Positions 27,926-40,585 of a stretch of 64,000 nt of DNA are shown here, piece after piece. The stretch's first letter is position 1. Every line of letters begins with the position of its first letter. Position numbers and translations under genes: made by a program. This DNA comes from Octopus vulgaris (lineage: Eukaryota), in the NCBI GenBank assembly GCA_951406725.2, contig OX597818.1:118296001-118360000 (forward strand). The letters run 5' to 3'. The notes beneath the pieces are model-generated. The model was not told where the DNA came from and searched no databases. It saw only the letters and a program-made list of their open reading frames with translations.

Positions 27926-27964
<39 letters not shown>

Positions 27965-28157
27965 TAATACTAAGCAATAAAGGGTTTAGCAACGAATTGC
28001 CTTACCACAGACCGAATTTAGAAATAGCAGTCAAAGAGTTATAGCTATTTCTTCTACTAAAAGGGAGATCTCAGTAAAAAACACAGCAATTGTAAGGCAG
28101 ACACAAACAGGTAAGAGAGAATGAATTGACGGCAATCTATCATACAATTTTAAGTTA

Positions 28158-28257
28158 TCTACGGACGCACGTTTCGAAATCAAGTTTTTAGGAAAGCATA
28201 AGAATTAAATATTAAATAATTCTACGTTACCCAAACTTCTTTTCTCTTCAGCGTAGA
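28158..28257 (-). ncRNA. Type I hammerhead ribozyme
   Basis: Reverse complement of 28913-29012. Confidence 0.85.
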
Positions 28258-28912
28258 ATACTATAATCATAAGTGATTATATATTGAATTTTGAGATACT
28301 AGAAGGCATCAACTCAACTCAGTATCAGAGCGAGCTAGAATCCGCAACTAGTATCACCAAACTCAAAGTGTGAATGAAAAGATTGTGTCACCAGCCCCCT
28401 CCCACCCGCGTGTAGCCAAAACAAGATGCTATGGTCATCTACTGAGATAAAATATGGTTATCCGTAATAATGAAGGGTGAAATTAATTAATTTGGAATAA
28501 TTATCAATCCCTTTTTAGTAGAAGAAATAGCTATAACTCTTTGACTGCTATTTCTAAATTCGGTCTGTGGTAAGGCAATTCGTTGCTAAACCCTTTATTG
28601 CTTAGTATTACTTAAATTTTCCTCGAATGAGGCTTTTACATGCCGAAGACTACTTGGTGTAATTGATAATTATTCCAAATTAATTAATTTCACCCTTCAT
28701 TATTACGGATAACCATATTTTATCTCAGTAGATGACCATAGCATCTTGTTTTGGCTACACGCGGGTGGGAGGGGGCTGGTGACACAATCCTTTCATTCAC
28801 ACTTTGAGTTTGGTGATACTAGTTGCGGATTCTAGCTCGCTCTGATACTGAGTTGAGTTGGTGCCTTCTAGTATCTCAAAATTCAATATATAATCACTTA
28901 TGATTATAGTAT

Positions 28913-29012
28913 TCTACGCTGAAGAGAAAAGAAGTTTGGGTAACGTAGAATTATTTAATATTTAATTCTTATGCTTTCCTAAAAACTTGATTTCGAAACG
29001 TGCGTCCGTAGA
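28913..29012 (+). ncRNA. Type I hammerhead ribozyme, predicted cleavage after GUC at 29006
   Basis: Stem I tctacg/cgtaga, core CTGAAGA, long stem II (gaaa..aagttt..aaactt..tttc), GAAA, stem III acg-tg-cgt, GUC triplet. Confidence 0.85.
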
Positions 29013-30577
29013 TAACTTAAAATTGTATGATAGATTGCCGTCAATTCATTCTCTCTTACCTGTTTGTGTCTGCCTTACAATTGCTGTGTTTTTTACTGAG
29101 ATCACCCTTTTTAGTAGAAGAAATAGCTATAACTCTTTGACTGCTATATATATATATATATATACGTCGGGCTTCGTTCCGTTTCCATCTACCAAATCCA
29201 CTCACAAGGCTTTGGTCAGCCCGACGTTATAGAAGAATATACCTGCCCAAGGTGCCACGCATTGGAACTGAACCCAGAACTATATGGTTGGTAAGCAAGT
29301 TACTTCCCACATAACCACTCCTCTGCCTGTATATGATATATGCTTTATTAACTATATCTGTCTTTCCACAGAATGAATAATATGTTGCTTCACTACCTGA
29401 TACCATCGCAGCTTATGAGTGATGGATGTATAAACACTGAAGTAGGATTTAAATTCAGCCAAAATGATAAACACTGAAATTAGACACATTGAAGAAAAAA
29501 TTCATATGATCTACATCCAGAAATATTTACAGTCATCGCCACCAAGGCGAGTGTTTGAGCATTATAGATGATATCTCGTCATCTGATAACTAGTCAGAAT
29601 AAAACATAGATGTATTCAGAATAAACCATATCTTCCATACAAATTCCAAAGGCAGACGTTCTAGTCGGATGAGATGAAATAAAAGGCAATCCACGATATC
29701 TACACTGCAATGAGAATACGTGTGCAGTTTAGAAGTTATCACTCTATCTCTAACTCTTCAGACTACTCAGAGATATTGCTTTGTGAAGTGTGTAGACTAT
29801 TCCCAACTGATTTAAGTGTATATATGTTTTAAGTATACCATACCGAATGTAACTGTTTTCATAACCAAATAGCACGAAATAGTATTGCGCTATACTGACA
29901 TTATAAAGACGCTACCTAAATGGGAACCGGATGAACATTTCCCCCTATATATTATGGTTGCGACACTCATTGAATTGTTTCGGGTCACGAAAATCAGTTT
30001 TAATTCAGTGAGTTATTCCTCAATTTGAATAAGACATATCTCCGAGAAATAAATCAGTTCTGCTACTCATGCCTAGCCTAATACATGAGCTTTAAAACTC
30101 GTAGTCATGATGATGAGTTTGTTAACTGTGCGGGTATTTAGCCTTGCTGGCTGTTAATACTAGTATAATGAATGAAACCACCGACCAGCCAGCGGCGTTG
30201 CCAAGAATTCGCCGGATAATGATTATATTAAATAATGGCAATAAATCAAATTTTTGGCAATTTTATGTTATATTGATCTGATTGACTAAAATTCTGATAT
30301 ATGTCAGATTCTGCTCATTAGGTGCGGCATATTTTAATTTTAGCTGTCAAGGAAAGGGTGTTAATGAGATTAAGACCTTCATGCATGACGGAACAATGCT
30401 TTCAAACTGCATCAGAATAATTCATTGTATAGAAAATGTGTACAGTTGCTGAAATAGCTACTGAGATTTCTTATCTTCAACTCTTATTCGCCAATATATT
30501 TAGAAAACTTTAATATTATCATAGTTTTGATTAATATGAACGGGAATTATTTGCTTTTTTCGTTGCAAGTAAAGCAT

Positions 30578-30601
30578 GTCTATCTATCTATCTATCTATC
30601 C

Positions 30602-30659
<58 letters not shown>

Positions 30660-30765
30660 ATATATATATATCTATCTATCTATTTATCTATCTATCTGTC
30701 TCTCTCTCACTCTGTCTATCTATCTATCTTATATATATATATAGATAGGTAGATAGAGAGATAGA
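30578..30765. repeat. (TATC)n / (TA)n microsatellite
   Basis: Direct inspection. Confidence 0.95.
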
Positions 30766-31020
30766 TAGTCGCCATGATAGATCGGTAGCCATAACACACA
30801 TTTTTCTCTCATTTTGTCTCTCATTTTTTCTCTCCTTGTTGCTCTCTTTTTTTCTCTCCTTGTTTCTCTCCTTGTTTTTTTCTGTCTCCCTTTCTGTACA
30901 AGAGCGTATGCTCGAAACGTAAAATACTTTTTCACTTCCTGAGTGTTATACTAATACACCTGTTTGTTTTCTACACCACCTGTCTTCGTCTTTTGTTTTT
31001 TTTTGGTGAACTCCCCCCCA

Positions 31021-31279
<259 letters not shown>

Positions 31280-33022
31280 TTGTGTTTGTGTGGTCGCTTG
31301 TATCGGTGAGAAAAACTCAAAACTAGCTCAAAACTAGTGTACCGGAAAATATACGTTGCAGTATTTTTCTGCCAGAATTGCCTAGATACACCCTTGTCTC
31401 TCTTTTCCATCAGAAACTCAGTGTATTTATGATTGGTCCGTTGGAAGTCTGTAAGCAACAAAAATATTTTTTTACAATGTGCACGATATAAATAAAATAA
31501 GCATTGACCTCGATGTATTTGTCTCCTCCCAAATTTCTGCCTTGTGCCTGTTAGAAACCTTTATTTTTTATTATTAGACAAAATAATGATAAAATGAATT
31601 ATACTAGTTTGAAAACAGTCTTTTTAAATGTGACCCAATGAATAAATCATAAGTATTATAGCTGTGGCTTATGATGTTGTTATTCTTGTCATTGTTACTG
31701 TTTTCTTGTCTAATAATTTTATTTTGTGTGTGCTAAACATATTTTTACTAAGTTTCTGTGATATTTTAATTTTTTTTTATCAGTAATTCGTACAAAAAAT
31801 ATTTACTCAACATGAATAAAACGAGAAGAAAAAAATAAAGCGAATGTGAAAAAGATTGGTTTAAAATATAGATATTTTTAGCATGATAGAATAGAAAAGA
31901 ATGTAAGAGGTATAGATTAAGTGCAAGGGAGAAAGATAAAGTGAGGAAGAAAGCGTTGATGTAGCAACAAAAATGTTTCTAAAATTTAAAAGACTTCCAT
32001 TTAAACTCTATTACTATAACACATTGCTATAACAAGTGCGTAACTTTAGAACATTGGACGTTTACAATGTATAAGATTCTAATCTAACCATTTGCTTGGC
32101 ATTTGCTCCCAAATCTTCAAACACACCCATCTCACGAAGGCTGCGTTTTATGTTTATTTATTTTTCCGACATTTTATTGAGTTTAAAAAAGAAATGAAAA
32201 AAAGTGCCATACGAAATCGTTTTAAACGTAACTTTTTAAAAATACGTTCCAAACTTCTTAAGTAAAAACCTAGTAAATACATTATTACTATGACAGCATT
32301 CATGACACCACCCCAAAATATTTTTTAAAATTTGCAGTTTGTTAAAATGTGACAATATAATTGAATGTGTATACATGATACAGAAACACATACACATATT
32401 TTCATATATGCATGTTTACATCAGATCATGTACAATATAATATGACAATGTATTACATCATTTTTGCATATGTGTGTGTTTTTGTGAGCGCATGTGTGTG
32501 TGCACGTGAGTGTATGTTTATATATGTGTGTTTGTGTGTGTGTGTGTATAATACGCTGAAAAATATCTCCCTAATTTCATTCCACTTTGAATTGAATGGC
32601 CTACATAAGTTTAAATAAAACACCTTTAATTGATGCCTTAGAAATGTTTTCAACTATGACACACCATACTGAGCTAAATCTGCATTTGTTAGATTGTAAT
32701 TCTTTTCATTTCTCCTTATTTCTATACAATAGACGAGCGTTACTAGGCTCATAGATTCCGTGTACGACTTTTCACGAACCAACGATTGGACTTATATACA
32801 GAGGTGCTCCATTTACGAGAAACAATTTACCTACATTGTTTAAATGACATCCTACTTTTTCTCCAGCTGAAAGCAATAGTACGTCATTTAGATACAGATA
32901 ATTCATGTACAATAATAAGGCATGCTCATATTTGGGATGCTTCAATTCCAAGTTAATATCGACAACAAACAGACTGCAAGGGGATAAAACATACAATTCT
33001 AGCCATTAGTATTATTGGCTCA

Positions 33023-33255
33023 AAGGCGGCGAGCTCGCAGAAACGTTAGCACGCCGGGCGAAATGCTTAGCGGTATTTCGTCTGCCGCTACGTTCTGAGT
33101 TCAAATTCCGCCGAGGTCAACATTGCCTTCATCTTTTAGGGGTCGATTAAATAAGTACCAGTTACGCACTGGGTTCGATATAATCGACATAATCCGTTTG
33201 CTGTCCTTGTTTGTCCTCTCTGTGTTTAGCCCCTTGTGGGTACTAAAGAAATAGG
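33023..33255 (+). mobile_element. SINE family A with TSD
   Basis: ggcggcgagctcgcagaaacgttagc...gagttcaaattcc; flanking gtattattggctca / gtatcattggctca. Confidence 0.87.
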
Positions 33256-33423
33256 TATCATTGGCTCACCACTGTAACACTTTCTATATTCCATAAGACT
33301 GGTCTTTGGTTGCTGCAAGGTTACGTATGATGATGTTGAGTTTTATTGAAAGAAAACTGAATTATGTTGATTTCATCTTATTGAGCACACGCATTTCACC
33401 GACTACTTCTATTTGTTGTTTTC

Positions 33424-33720
33424 TGTTCCTTCTCGAGCCATGCTTGGCTCATAAGGGCCGGTTTCCCGGTTTCCTTGGCGTATAGGTTACCTACCTGGAC
33501 GGGACACCGGTCCGTCGCAGGTGAGCTGCAAGATGCAGGAGGAAAGAGTGCGAGAAAGTTGTAGCAAAGGAGTCAGCAGAAGTTCGCCATTACCTTCTGC
33601 CGGAGCCGCGTGGAGCTTAGGTGTTTCGCTCATAAACACATACATCACCCGGTCTGAGATTCGAACCCGCGATCCTTCGACCGCGAGTTCGCTGCTCTAA
33701 CCACTAGGACATGTGCCTCC
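33424..33720 (-). mobile_element. SINE family D with TSD
   Basis: accgactact occurs at 33398 and 33724. Confidence 0.87.
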
Positions 33721-34743
33721 ATTACCGACTACTACTCTATGAATGGTCTCTTTTTCTAAGGTGACTGCTTTATTTTCATAGATGCGGCTGCTATTCACGG
33801 AAATCGTATGAGCGCAACCAAACACTCTATATATAGCTACTTCATATATTACAACAGACGTGCACATCAGAAAAGCTGTCTCAAAATCTTTACGTATTTC
33901 CAATATCATCTAAAAGGAATTATTATCATGACGTCATTGTCATTAATGCTGAGATGTATATTGTTAACTTTCGATTACTACGTGTAAGGAAAATGTTCTG
34001 CAAGTGTTCCTTTGTGTGTTGCTTGACAAATAATCCAGTTAAATTACGCGGATCTAATTACCTCCATTTCAACATACAAGCCAAGTACTATATTGTAATA
34101 ATGACTTACAAGAACAAAGCTGTCAATATGTGATTGAAGAGAAGTTGACGTTTCTTAAACACATGGTTGAAGATATTTCAATTTATGGACGTTGATTTTC
34201 GAAAGATGCACTCCATTTTATATCAAGAGGAAGAAAATCATATAAAGTTATCAGATAAAGTAATTTAAATTCCAAGTATGTTTCATTTCTTTCCAATATA
34301 TTAAATGACTTGGGTGCCAAATGTAACTTTCTGTGCAATGTATACTGTTCGTATTCTAAATTGTAACTTTGTGCCAATGACTGTATTCAATATCCATTTT
34401 AGTATTGCGCAAACATTAAATATATTTGCATAGAATATTTCACCAACTACCGCCATTTCAGCTTGATATGCTATTTAAGGAAAAAAATGCAAACACTAAG
34501 CAATACCGAAAATTATTTTCGTGCAAAAATCGTAATATTAATCATTGGCATTTATTGCTATCAGTATAAGCGAAATGTATTTTTATAATCTCTGTACGTT
34601 CTGCGTTCAAGTTACACCTATGTCAACCATGTTTATATTATTACGGTCTTAATATAAACAGAAGAGATCAATTAAAAGTTTTTTTCAGTTTCAACGATGG
34701 TCATTTGACCTTGGAAGCTCTGGTGCAATTTTATATCATTCTA

Positions 34744-35125
34744 AGGCGGCGAGTTGGCAGAAACGTTAGCACGCCGGGCGAAATGCAAAGCATTATTTCG
34801 TCTGCCGTTATGTTCTGGGTTCAAATTCCGCCGAGGTCGACTTTACTTTTCATCCTTTCGGGGTCGATTGAAAAAGTACCAGTTATGCACTAGGGTCGAT
34901 ATAATCGACTTAATCCGTTTGTCTGTCCTTCTTTGTTCTCTCTGTGTTTAGCTCCTTGTGGGTAGTAAAGAAATAGGTATTTCGACAGTCTTTGTGTTCT
35001 GAGTTCAAATTCCTCCTAGGTCGACATTGATTTTCATCCTTTCGGAGTCGATAAATTAAGTACCAGTTGCGTACTGGGCTCGATCTTATCGACTGGTCCT
35101 CTCCCACAAAATTTCGGAACTTGTG
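34744..35125 (+). mobile_element. SINE family A, full copy plus tandem partial copy
   Basis: Central domain gtcgac...ttttcatcctttcgg.gtcgat repeated twice. Confidence 0.83.
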
Positions 35126-35304
35126 ACTTTATCCTGCTGGTGTACAAGATTCATTAGGGGATCTTTTGACAGCTCAAGATATGTATTTAATCTTACAGTG
35201 GTGGTTTTTAAAAAAAAATCTAATTGAGTTAGTCCTCTTCCTGCCATGCTTCGCGGTAAATAAATCCTGTTCACGTCCGCTTTTGGGTGGTTAATTCGAG
35301 CCAT
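35126..35304 (-). pseudogene. Internal fragment of a Dong/R4-type LINE next to an (ATT/ATC)n tract
   Basis: NHPKADVNRIYLPRSMAGRGL matches HHPKADVDRLYLPRAQGGRGL of the 16598 ORF. Confidence 0.85.
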
Positions 35305-35306
35305 AG

Positions 35307-35379
35307 TATTATTATTATTATCATTATTATTATTATTGCTATTATTATTACTATTATTATCATGATCATCATCATCATT

Positions 35380-35416
<37 letters not shown>

Positions 35417-35417
35417 T

Positions 35418-35487
<70 letters not shown>
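35307..35487. repeat. (ATT)n/(ATC)n microsatellite
   Basis: Direct inspection. Confidence 0.95.
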
Positions 35488-36202
35488 TATTTATTTTTTT
35501 TTTTCGTTGCCGCCCGGTAAAGAAGTAACTTTTTTGAAGCTTCTTAAAATATAAAATCGTTTCAATGTAAATGCAAATGGTTCTCTTGAAATATATATAT
35601 TTTTTTTATTTTATCTAGTTTCAGCTCACGAGCTGTGGCCATGCTGGGGCACCGCCATTTAAGTACGCAATATCTTACAAAAACACCCGATAATTGTGCG
35701 ACCCTAAAACACAGGAAATGAAAACCAGTCATGAGAGATGTGCAACGAAATACATATAAAAGAACATTTTTGTCACAATATACACATGATATATTACCCA
35801 TGATATTTTTCAAGATACTTTTCTTAGCTATAGAATCACCATATACATTTATCTTCTATGAAGCGAAACGACACAACAGGTAGCTTGTCTTCGCTTTCCA
35901 GCTACTCTAATAATAACAGAGAAAACCGAATAGAGGTGTCTTAACACATAAAAGATGCCAGAGTTTTATAATGAACTGTAGATAGTTCTTCCAAAATACA
36001 TATTGAAAAGCAACAGATAAAAGAAATATCATTTCTGTCTCTTTCGGTACGAATAGAAGAGATGTGTACGTAGTAAGTAACAGTTACAAATATGAGGTTG
36101 AGCGATATCTAGGAGATCCAATTAAGTGAAGAATATAAAGCACGCGATTATATATATATTGATTTCAAAAATAAGAAATGAGCAAGAAATCAAGCAAAAC
36201 AT

Positions 36203-36517
36203 GGCCAACCAAAGCCTTGTGAGTGGATGTGGGAGGCGGAAACTGAAAGAAGCCCGTCGTATATATATAAATATATATAGGTGTGTGTGTGTTTGTGTGT
36301 GTGTGGTTTCGTGTCTGTGTTCGTCCCCCAAACATCGCTTGGCAACCGATGCTACTGTGTTTACCTCACTGTAACCTAGCGGTTCGGTAAAAGAGACCGA
36401 TAGGATAAGTACTGGGCTTACAAAGAATAAGTCTTGGGGTCGATTTGCTGGACTAAAGGCGGCACTCCAGCATGGCCGCAGTCATATGACTGAAACAATT
36501 AAAAAGAAAAAAAAGAG

Positions 36518-36518
<1 letters not shown>
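36203..36518 (+). mobile_element. SINE family B, 5'-truncated
   Basis: Match to other family B copies. Confidence 0.85.
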
Positions 36519-36545
<27 letters not shown>

Positions 36546-36548
<3 letters not shown>

Positions 36549-36905
36549 GAAATGAAGAAAATGCTGACAAAATAATTTAAGTAAGGGAGAGTGTATTTAA
36601 TTAGGTGAAAGTTCTTTTTACCGGTTGGGCATTTGTTATGCTTATCAAAAGATATTTTTTTAAGAGAGATAGAGTTCCTTTCTGATAGATTTTTTTTCTC
36701 TGATAAGAGAGATAGAGTTCCTTTCTGATAGATTTTTTTCTCTGATAAGAGAAAAAAATCTATCAGAAAAAAGGAACTCTATCTCTCTTAAAAAAATATC
36801 TTTTGATAAGCATAACAAATGCGCAACTGGTAGAAAGAACTTTCACCTAATTAAATACACTCTCCCTTACTTAGATTATTTTGTCAGCATATTCTTCATT
36901 TCCTT
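36546..36905. mobile_element. Fold-back element (~155-bp arms) in (TA)n with variant hammerhead-like motifs
   Basis: aaggaaatgaagaa...tttttctc / gagaaaaaa...ttcttcatttcctt; internal ~42-bp tandem duplication at the centre. Confidence 0.8.
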
Positions 36906-36940
36906 TTTTTATATATCACAACTCGTGTTCCACATCTCCT

Positions 36941-37009
<69 letters not shown>

Positions 37010-38019
37010 TGTATATTACTGTGGTGTGAATTAAACGCAGCAATATTCTTCAGCGAATATCTAACATTCTGTGTAACAGGTTGTTTTCTCTTCTCTAGAT
37101 TTCGTAACGGATCTTTTGTCTAATTAAGAAAAATCAATTTAAAATTAATATTTATAAATTGTATAGTGTTCATTTCGAAATATAGAAATACATTTTACAA
37201 TGCAATGCGCATTTGCTTTATATCATTTATATCTTGGAATGAACCGCTTATGCAATCAAATATTTACCGTTTCTCGTTTCATAAATATTTATATAAATAT
37301 TATATGAACTGTGTCCTTAGAATATTCACACTAGGCGCATACACAGTATTAGTTTATGTACTGTATTGTGTATATTATATCGCTGTACAACTGCCTTTTC
37401 TACTATGGGGGACGGTTATGAAAATAGACCTGCTGCTGCCTATCTGCATATTACAACTAAGTAATAATGCAGATGGGCGCGGTTTCTTTCGAAAAGAACC
37501 CTTGCAAAGTTGTTAAAATGCATAAATGCGTGCAAATATGGATTTGATACTTCAGCGGCAGGCAGATATTTTCGTAGACATATTGATGTTTTATTTTAAT
37601 GCGTTTTCATGCTGTCCCTCGAATTTTCCGAATTTTCTTTTCTTTTTATTCTCTGCGTAGCGTTTTCGCATTTTTCATTTCTTTTTATATCAAGTAAACA
37701 TCCGAAATATATACAGACACGTACTTATGCGTACACACACAGACATTAAAACTTACGCATATTCACAAACGAATGCAGACACATATTTGTGGAAGTATGT
37801 GTATGATTTGTAGGCATAAATGCGCCTATGCACATGTACATGTATATTCATTATTCTACTACAATTTCCAAGTCTATGGCTATGTCGGGAAAATTTCTCG
37901 ATGTATACGCATCAAAGCATTCTTGTATGTTTATATGTTTATGAATTAATACCATACGCCCAGAATTCTTGATTAATTGAAATTTCGTTCTGAGTGTGAG
38001 ATATTCTCACTTTAACACT

Positions 38020-38136
38020 CTCTTCTTCTTCTTCTTCTTCTTCTTCTTCTTCTTCTTCTTCTTCTTCTTCTCCTCCTCCCCCTCCTCCTCCTCCTCCTTC
38101 TTCTTCTTCTTGCTCTTCTTCTTCTTCCTCTTATCA

Positions 38137-38224
<88 letters not shown>

Positions 38225-38279
38225 CTTTATCATTATTATTATTATCATTATTATCATTAATATTATTATTATTGTTATT

Positions 38280-38311
<32 letters not shown>
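38020..38311. repeat. (TTC)n-(ATT)n microsatellite
   Basis: Direct inspection. Confidence 0.95.
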
Positions 38312-38312
<1 letters not shown>

Positions 38313-38505
38313 GTCTTTGCACAGCTTCTAACGCTGGAGATGTACCAACAGTGTCAGATGTTCACTACCACGGAACTAAAGTAACACCCCTTATTATTCG
38401 AGCACCTTCTGGAGTTACAAGCGGTTTCAACTAGTGCTGTTTTCTGCAAATGCTCCACCCTTATTGCAGCCCCTATTTGTTCCACGTATTTCTCGAGATT
38501 TTCCA
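38312..38505 (-). mobile_element. 3' end of a second Dong/R4-type LINE family abutting (TAA)n
   Basis: Minus strand NLEKYVEQIGAAIRVEHLQKTAL, like the R4/Dong C-terminus LQKxALLGTARILR, then a short UTR and TAA repeats. Confidence 0.7.
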
Positions 38506-39155
38506 CGTATTTCTTGTGCAACAAAAGTCAAACACAATCCCCTGTATTTGTTAGTGCCTTTTAGAAAAAATATTTTCAATTTAAGCTAATTAACAAGAAA
38601 TGACTTAAGAACAATTAATATTTTAATTTTCTCTGGAAATGACAGAACATATGTGAATGTATTTGGCTAAAAAATACCATCTCTTCTTTTCGACCTACTT
38701 GTACCCGAATCGTTGAATAGTAGATAGAACATTTCTTGCAACAACTAATTATCTATACTAACCATACTGTGGAAATATTGCTTGCGACTCAATGACTGGT
38801 TTTCTCTATATACTCAATCGGACATGTTCTCTTTAATCATGTTCTCGGAAGTGATATTTACTTACAGATGTATTAATTTATCAAGCTGACTCGCAACTAG
38901 ACTAGAGAAATGTGTGTAAATATTACATCTCTCTTATTGTGAACGGATCTAAACAGCGTGATTACGATAATTTCAAACGTGATTTTAGACGAGATATCCA
39001 GAACAGTTTGGTTTGTTAAAGCGTACCATCTGACAAATTTTGAAATGAATTACCCTGGACAGTTATACCACATATATATGTATCACGTAATCCTTAATTT
39101 TCACGTTTTAAGCTATGAAAAGATTAATGTACATTTTTGCTTCAAATTCCTGACA

Positions 39156-39563
39156 GGCCTAGGAGTGGCTGTGTGGTAAGTATTTTGCTTACGAACCACA
39201 TGGTTCCGGGTTCACTTCCACTGCGTGGAATCTTGGGCTAGTGTCTTCTACTATAGTCTCGGGCCGACCAATGCCTTGTGAGTCGATTTGGTAGACGGAA
39301 AATGAAAGAAGCCTGTCGTATATATGTATATATATATGTGTGTGTGTGTGTGTTTGTCCCCCCCCCCCCCAACATCGCTTGACAACCGATGCTGGTCTGT
39401 TTACGTCCTCGTAACTTAGCGGTTCGGCAAAAGAGACCAATAGAATAAGTACTAGGCTTACAAAGAATAAGTCCTTGGGTTAATTTGTTCGACTGAAGGC
39501 GGTGCTCAAGTATGGCCACAGTTAAATGACTGAAACAAGTAAAAAATTAAAAGAGTAAAAGAG
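39156..39563 (+). mobile_element. SINE family B, full length
   Basis: Match to other family B copies; tail gtaaaagag. Confidence 0.88.
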
Positions 39564-40384
39564 ACAATATATTTCGGGAAAATAGTTTGTTTTATCTGGA
39601 GATAAACTCTTTTAGATGATGTCACAGTCTTCTATGCTTTACACCATTCGAACGGCAAATTGTGTAAATTTGGAAGTAGCTATGTCAGATGACATGTGGT
39701 ACATACCACATTCCGTGTGGGCGGTGTAACTAGGATCAAATTTAAGGTTATGTTGTGTGTACATCAAAATGGCTGACTTTATTTTAATGACCCTGAATCG
39801 TTCATTGCAGATGCAGAATCCGTTTAGTATAAAGCTCTCTGTTGAATTTTAATGCATACTTCTATACAGATGTTGTTTTTCATGTCATGTCCGAAATCCA
39901 TAACATTTAAACTTTGACGTTTTTCAATTCATAGCCGATCGTTTTCATGCATTTTTGTTATTACTGCAATCTAAACTTGACTATTTTTATATGTCCTTAA
40001 AACAATAATTTGATAAGATGGTTGGGGTGATTTACATTTTAGTGCTTAGGTTTAAGCTTTCTCATCAAGATTTTAATTTTTTAGTATCACTTCAAAGGAG
40101 TGCGGAGCTTATTCCTATTGTGTGTTTTTTTTATATTTCTCTATTTTCTTTTATGAAATATTTGCATCTTGAAAGTCGTATAAGTGTATAATAGTCATTT
40201 CCCCCAAAATATATGCCATTATGTTTAGAGTAACGTCGATTCTCGAAATTACAAATGAAGAAAAACAAAAAATACATGGGCAATCCATGGTGAAATGTAG
40301 AAAATGGAAGTATCTCACCGACCAAAGTTACACAAAATCTAATTAAAGTTTCTCTTATTATCTCCACCCTTTAAGGGGACTCGC

Positions 40385-40585
40385 CGACGAAAGCGTTTAT
40401 ATGTTGAGGAAAATGCTTAGCAGAATTCCTTTCGTCTTTACGTTCAGAGTTCAAATTCCGCTGAGGCTGACATTACCTTTCATCCTTTTGGGGTCTATGA
40501 ACTAAGTACCAGCTGAAAACTGAGGTCGACGTAATCGACTTACTCCTTTCCCGAAGTTAGCGGCCTTGTGCTAAAATTTTTAATC
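40385..40585 (+). mobile_element. Degenerate SINE family A
   Basis: gagttcaaattccgctgagg...cctttcatccttttggggtc. Confidence 0.7.

Larger units (their letters stand above)
27961..29146. mobile_element. Fold-back element (~485-bp near-perfect inverted arms 28025-28508 / 28662-29146) inserted in (TA)n; Penelope pLTR / retrozyme-like
   Basis: Arms are reverse complements with few mismatches; the spacer holds an inverted copy of 27961-28064; a hammerhead lies in each arm. Confidence 0.85.
27700..29327 (-). mobile_element. SINE family B copy split by a 1.2-kb fold-back insertion in its internal (TA)n
   Basis: 3' half at 27700-27930, 5' half at 29161-29327. Confidence 0.85.

Noticed and set aside
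28618-28655. Hammerhead-like cgaatga-ggc..gcc-gaag in the palindrome spacer
   Set aside because: Core mismatches and no stem I or III.
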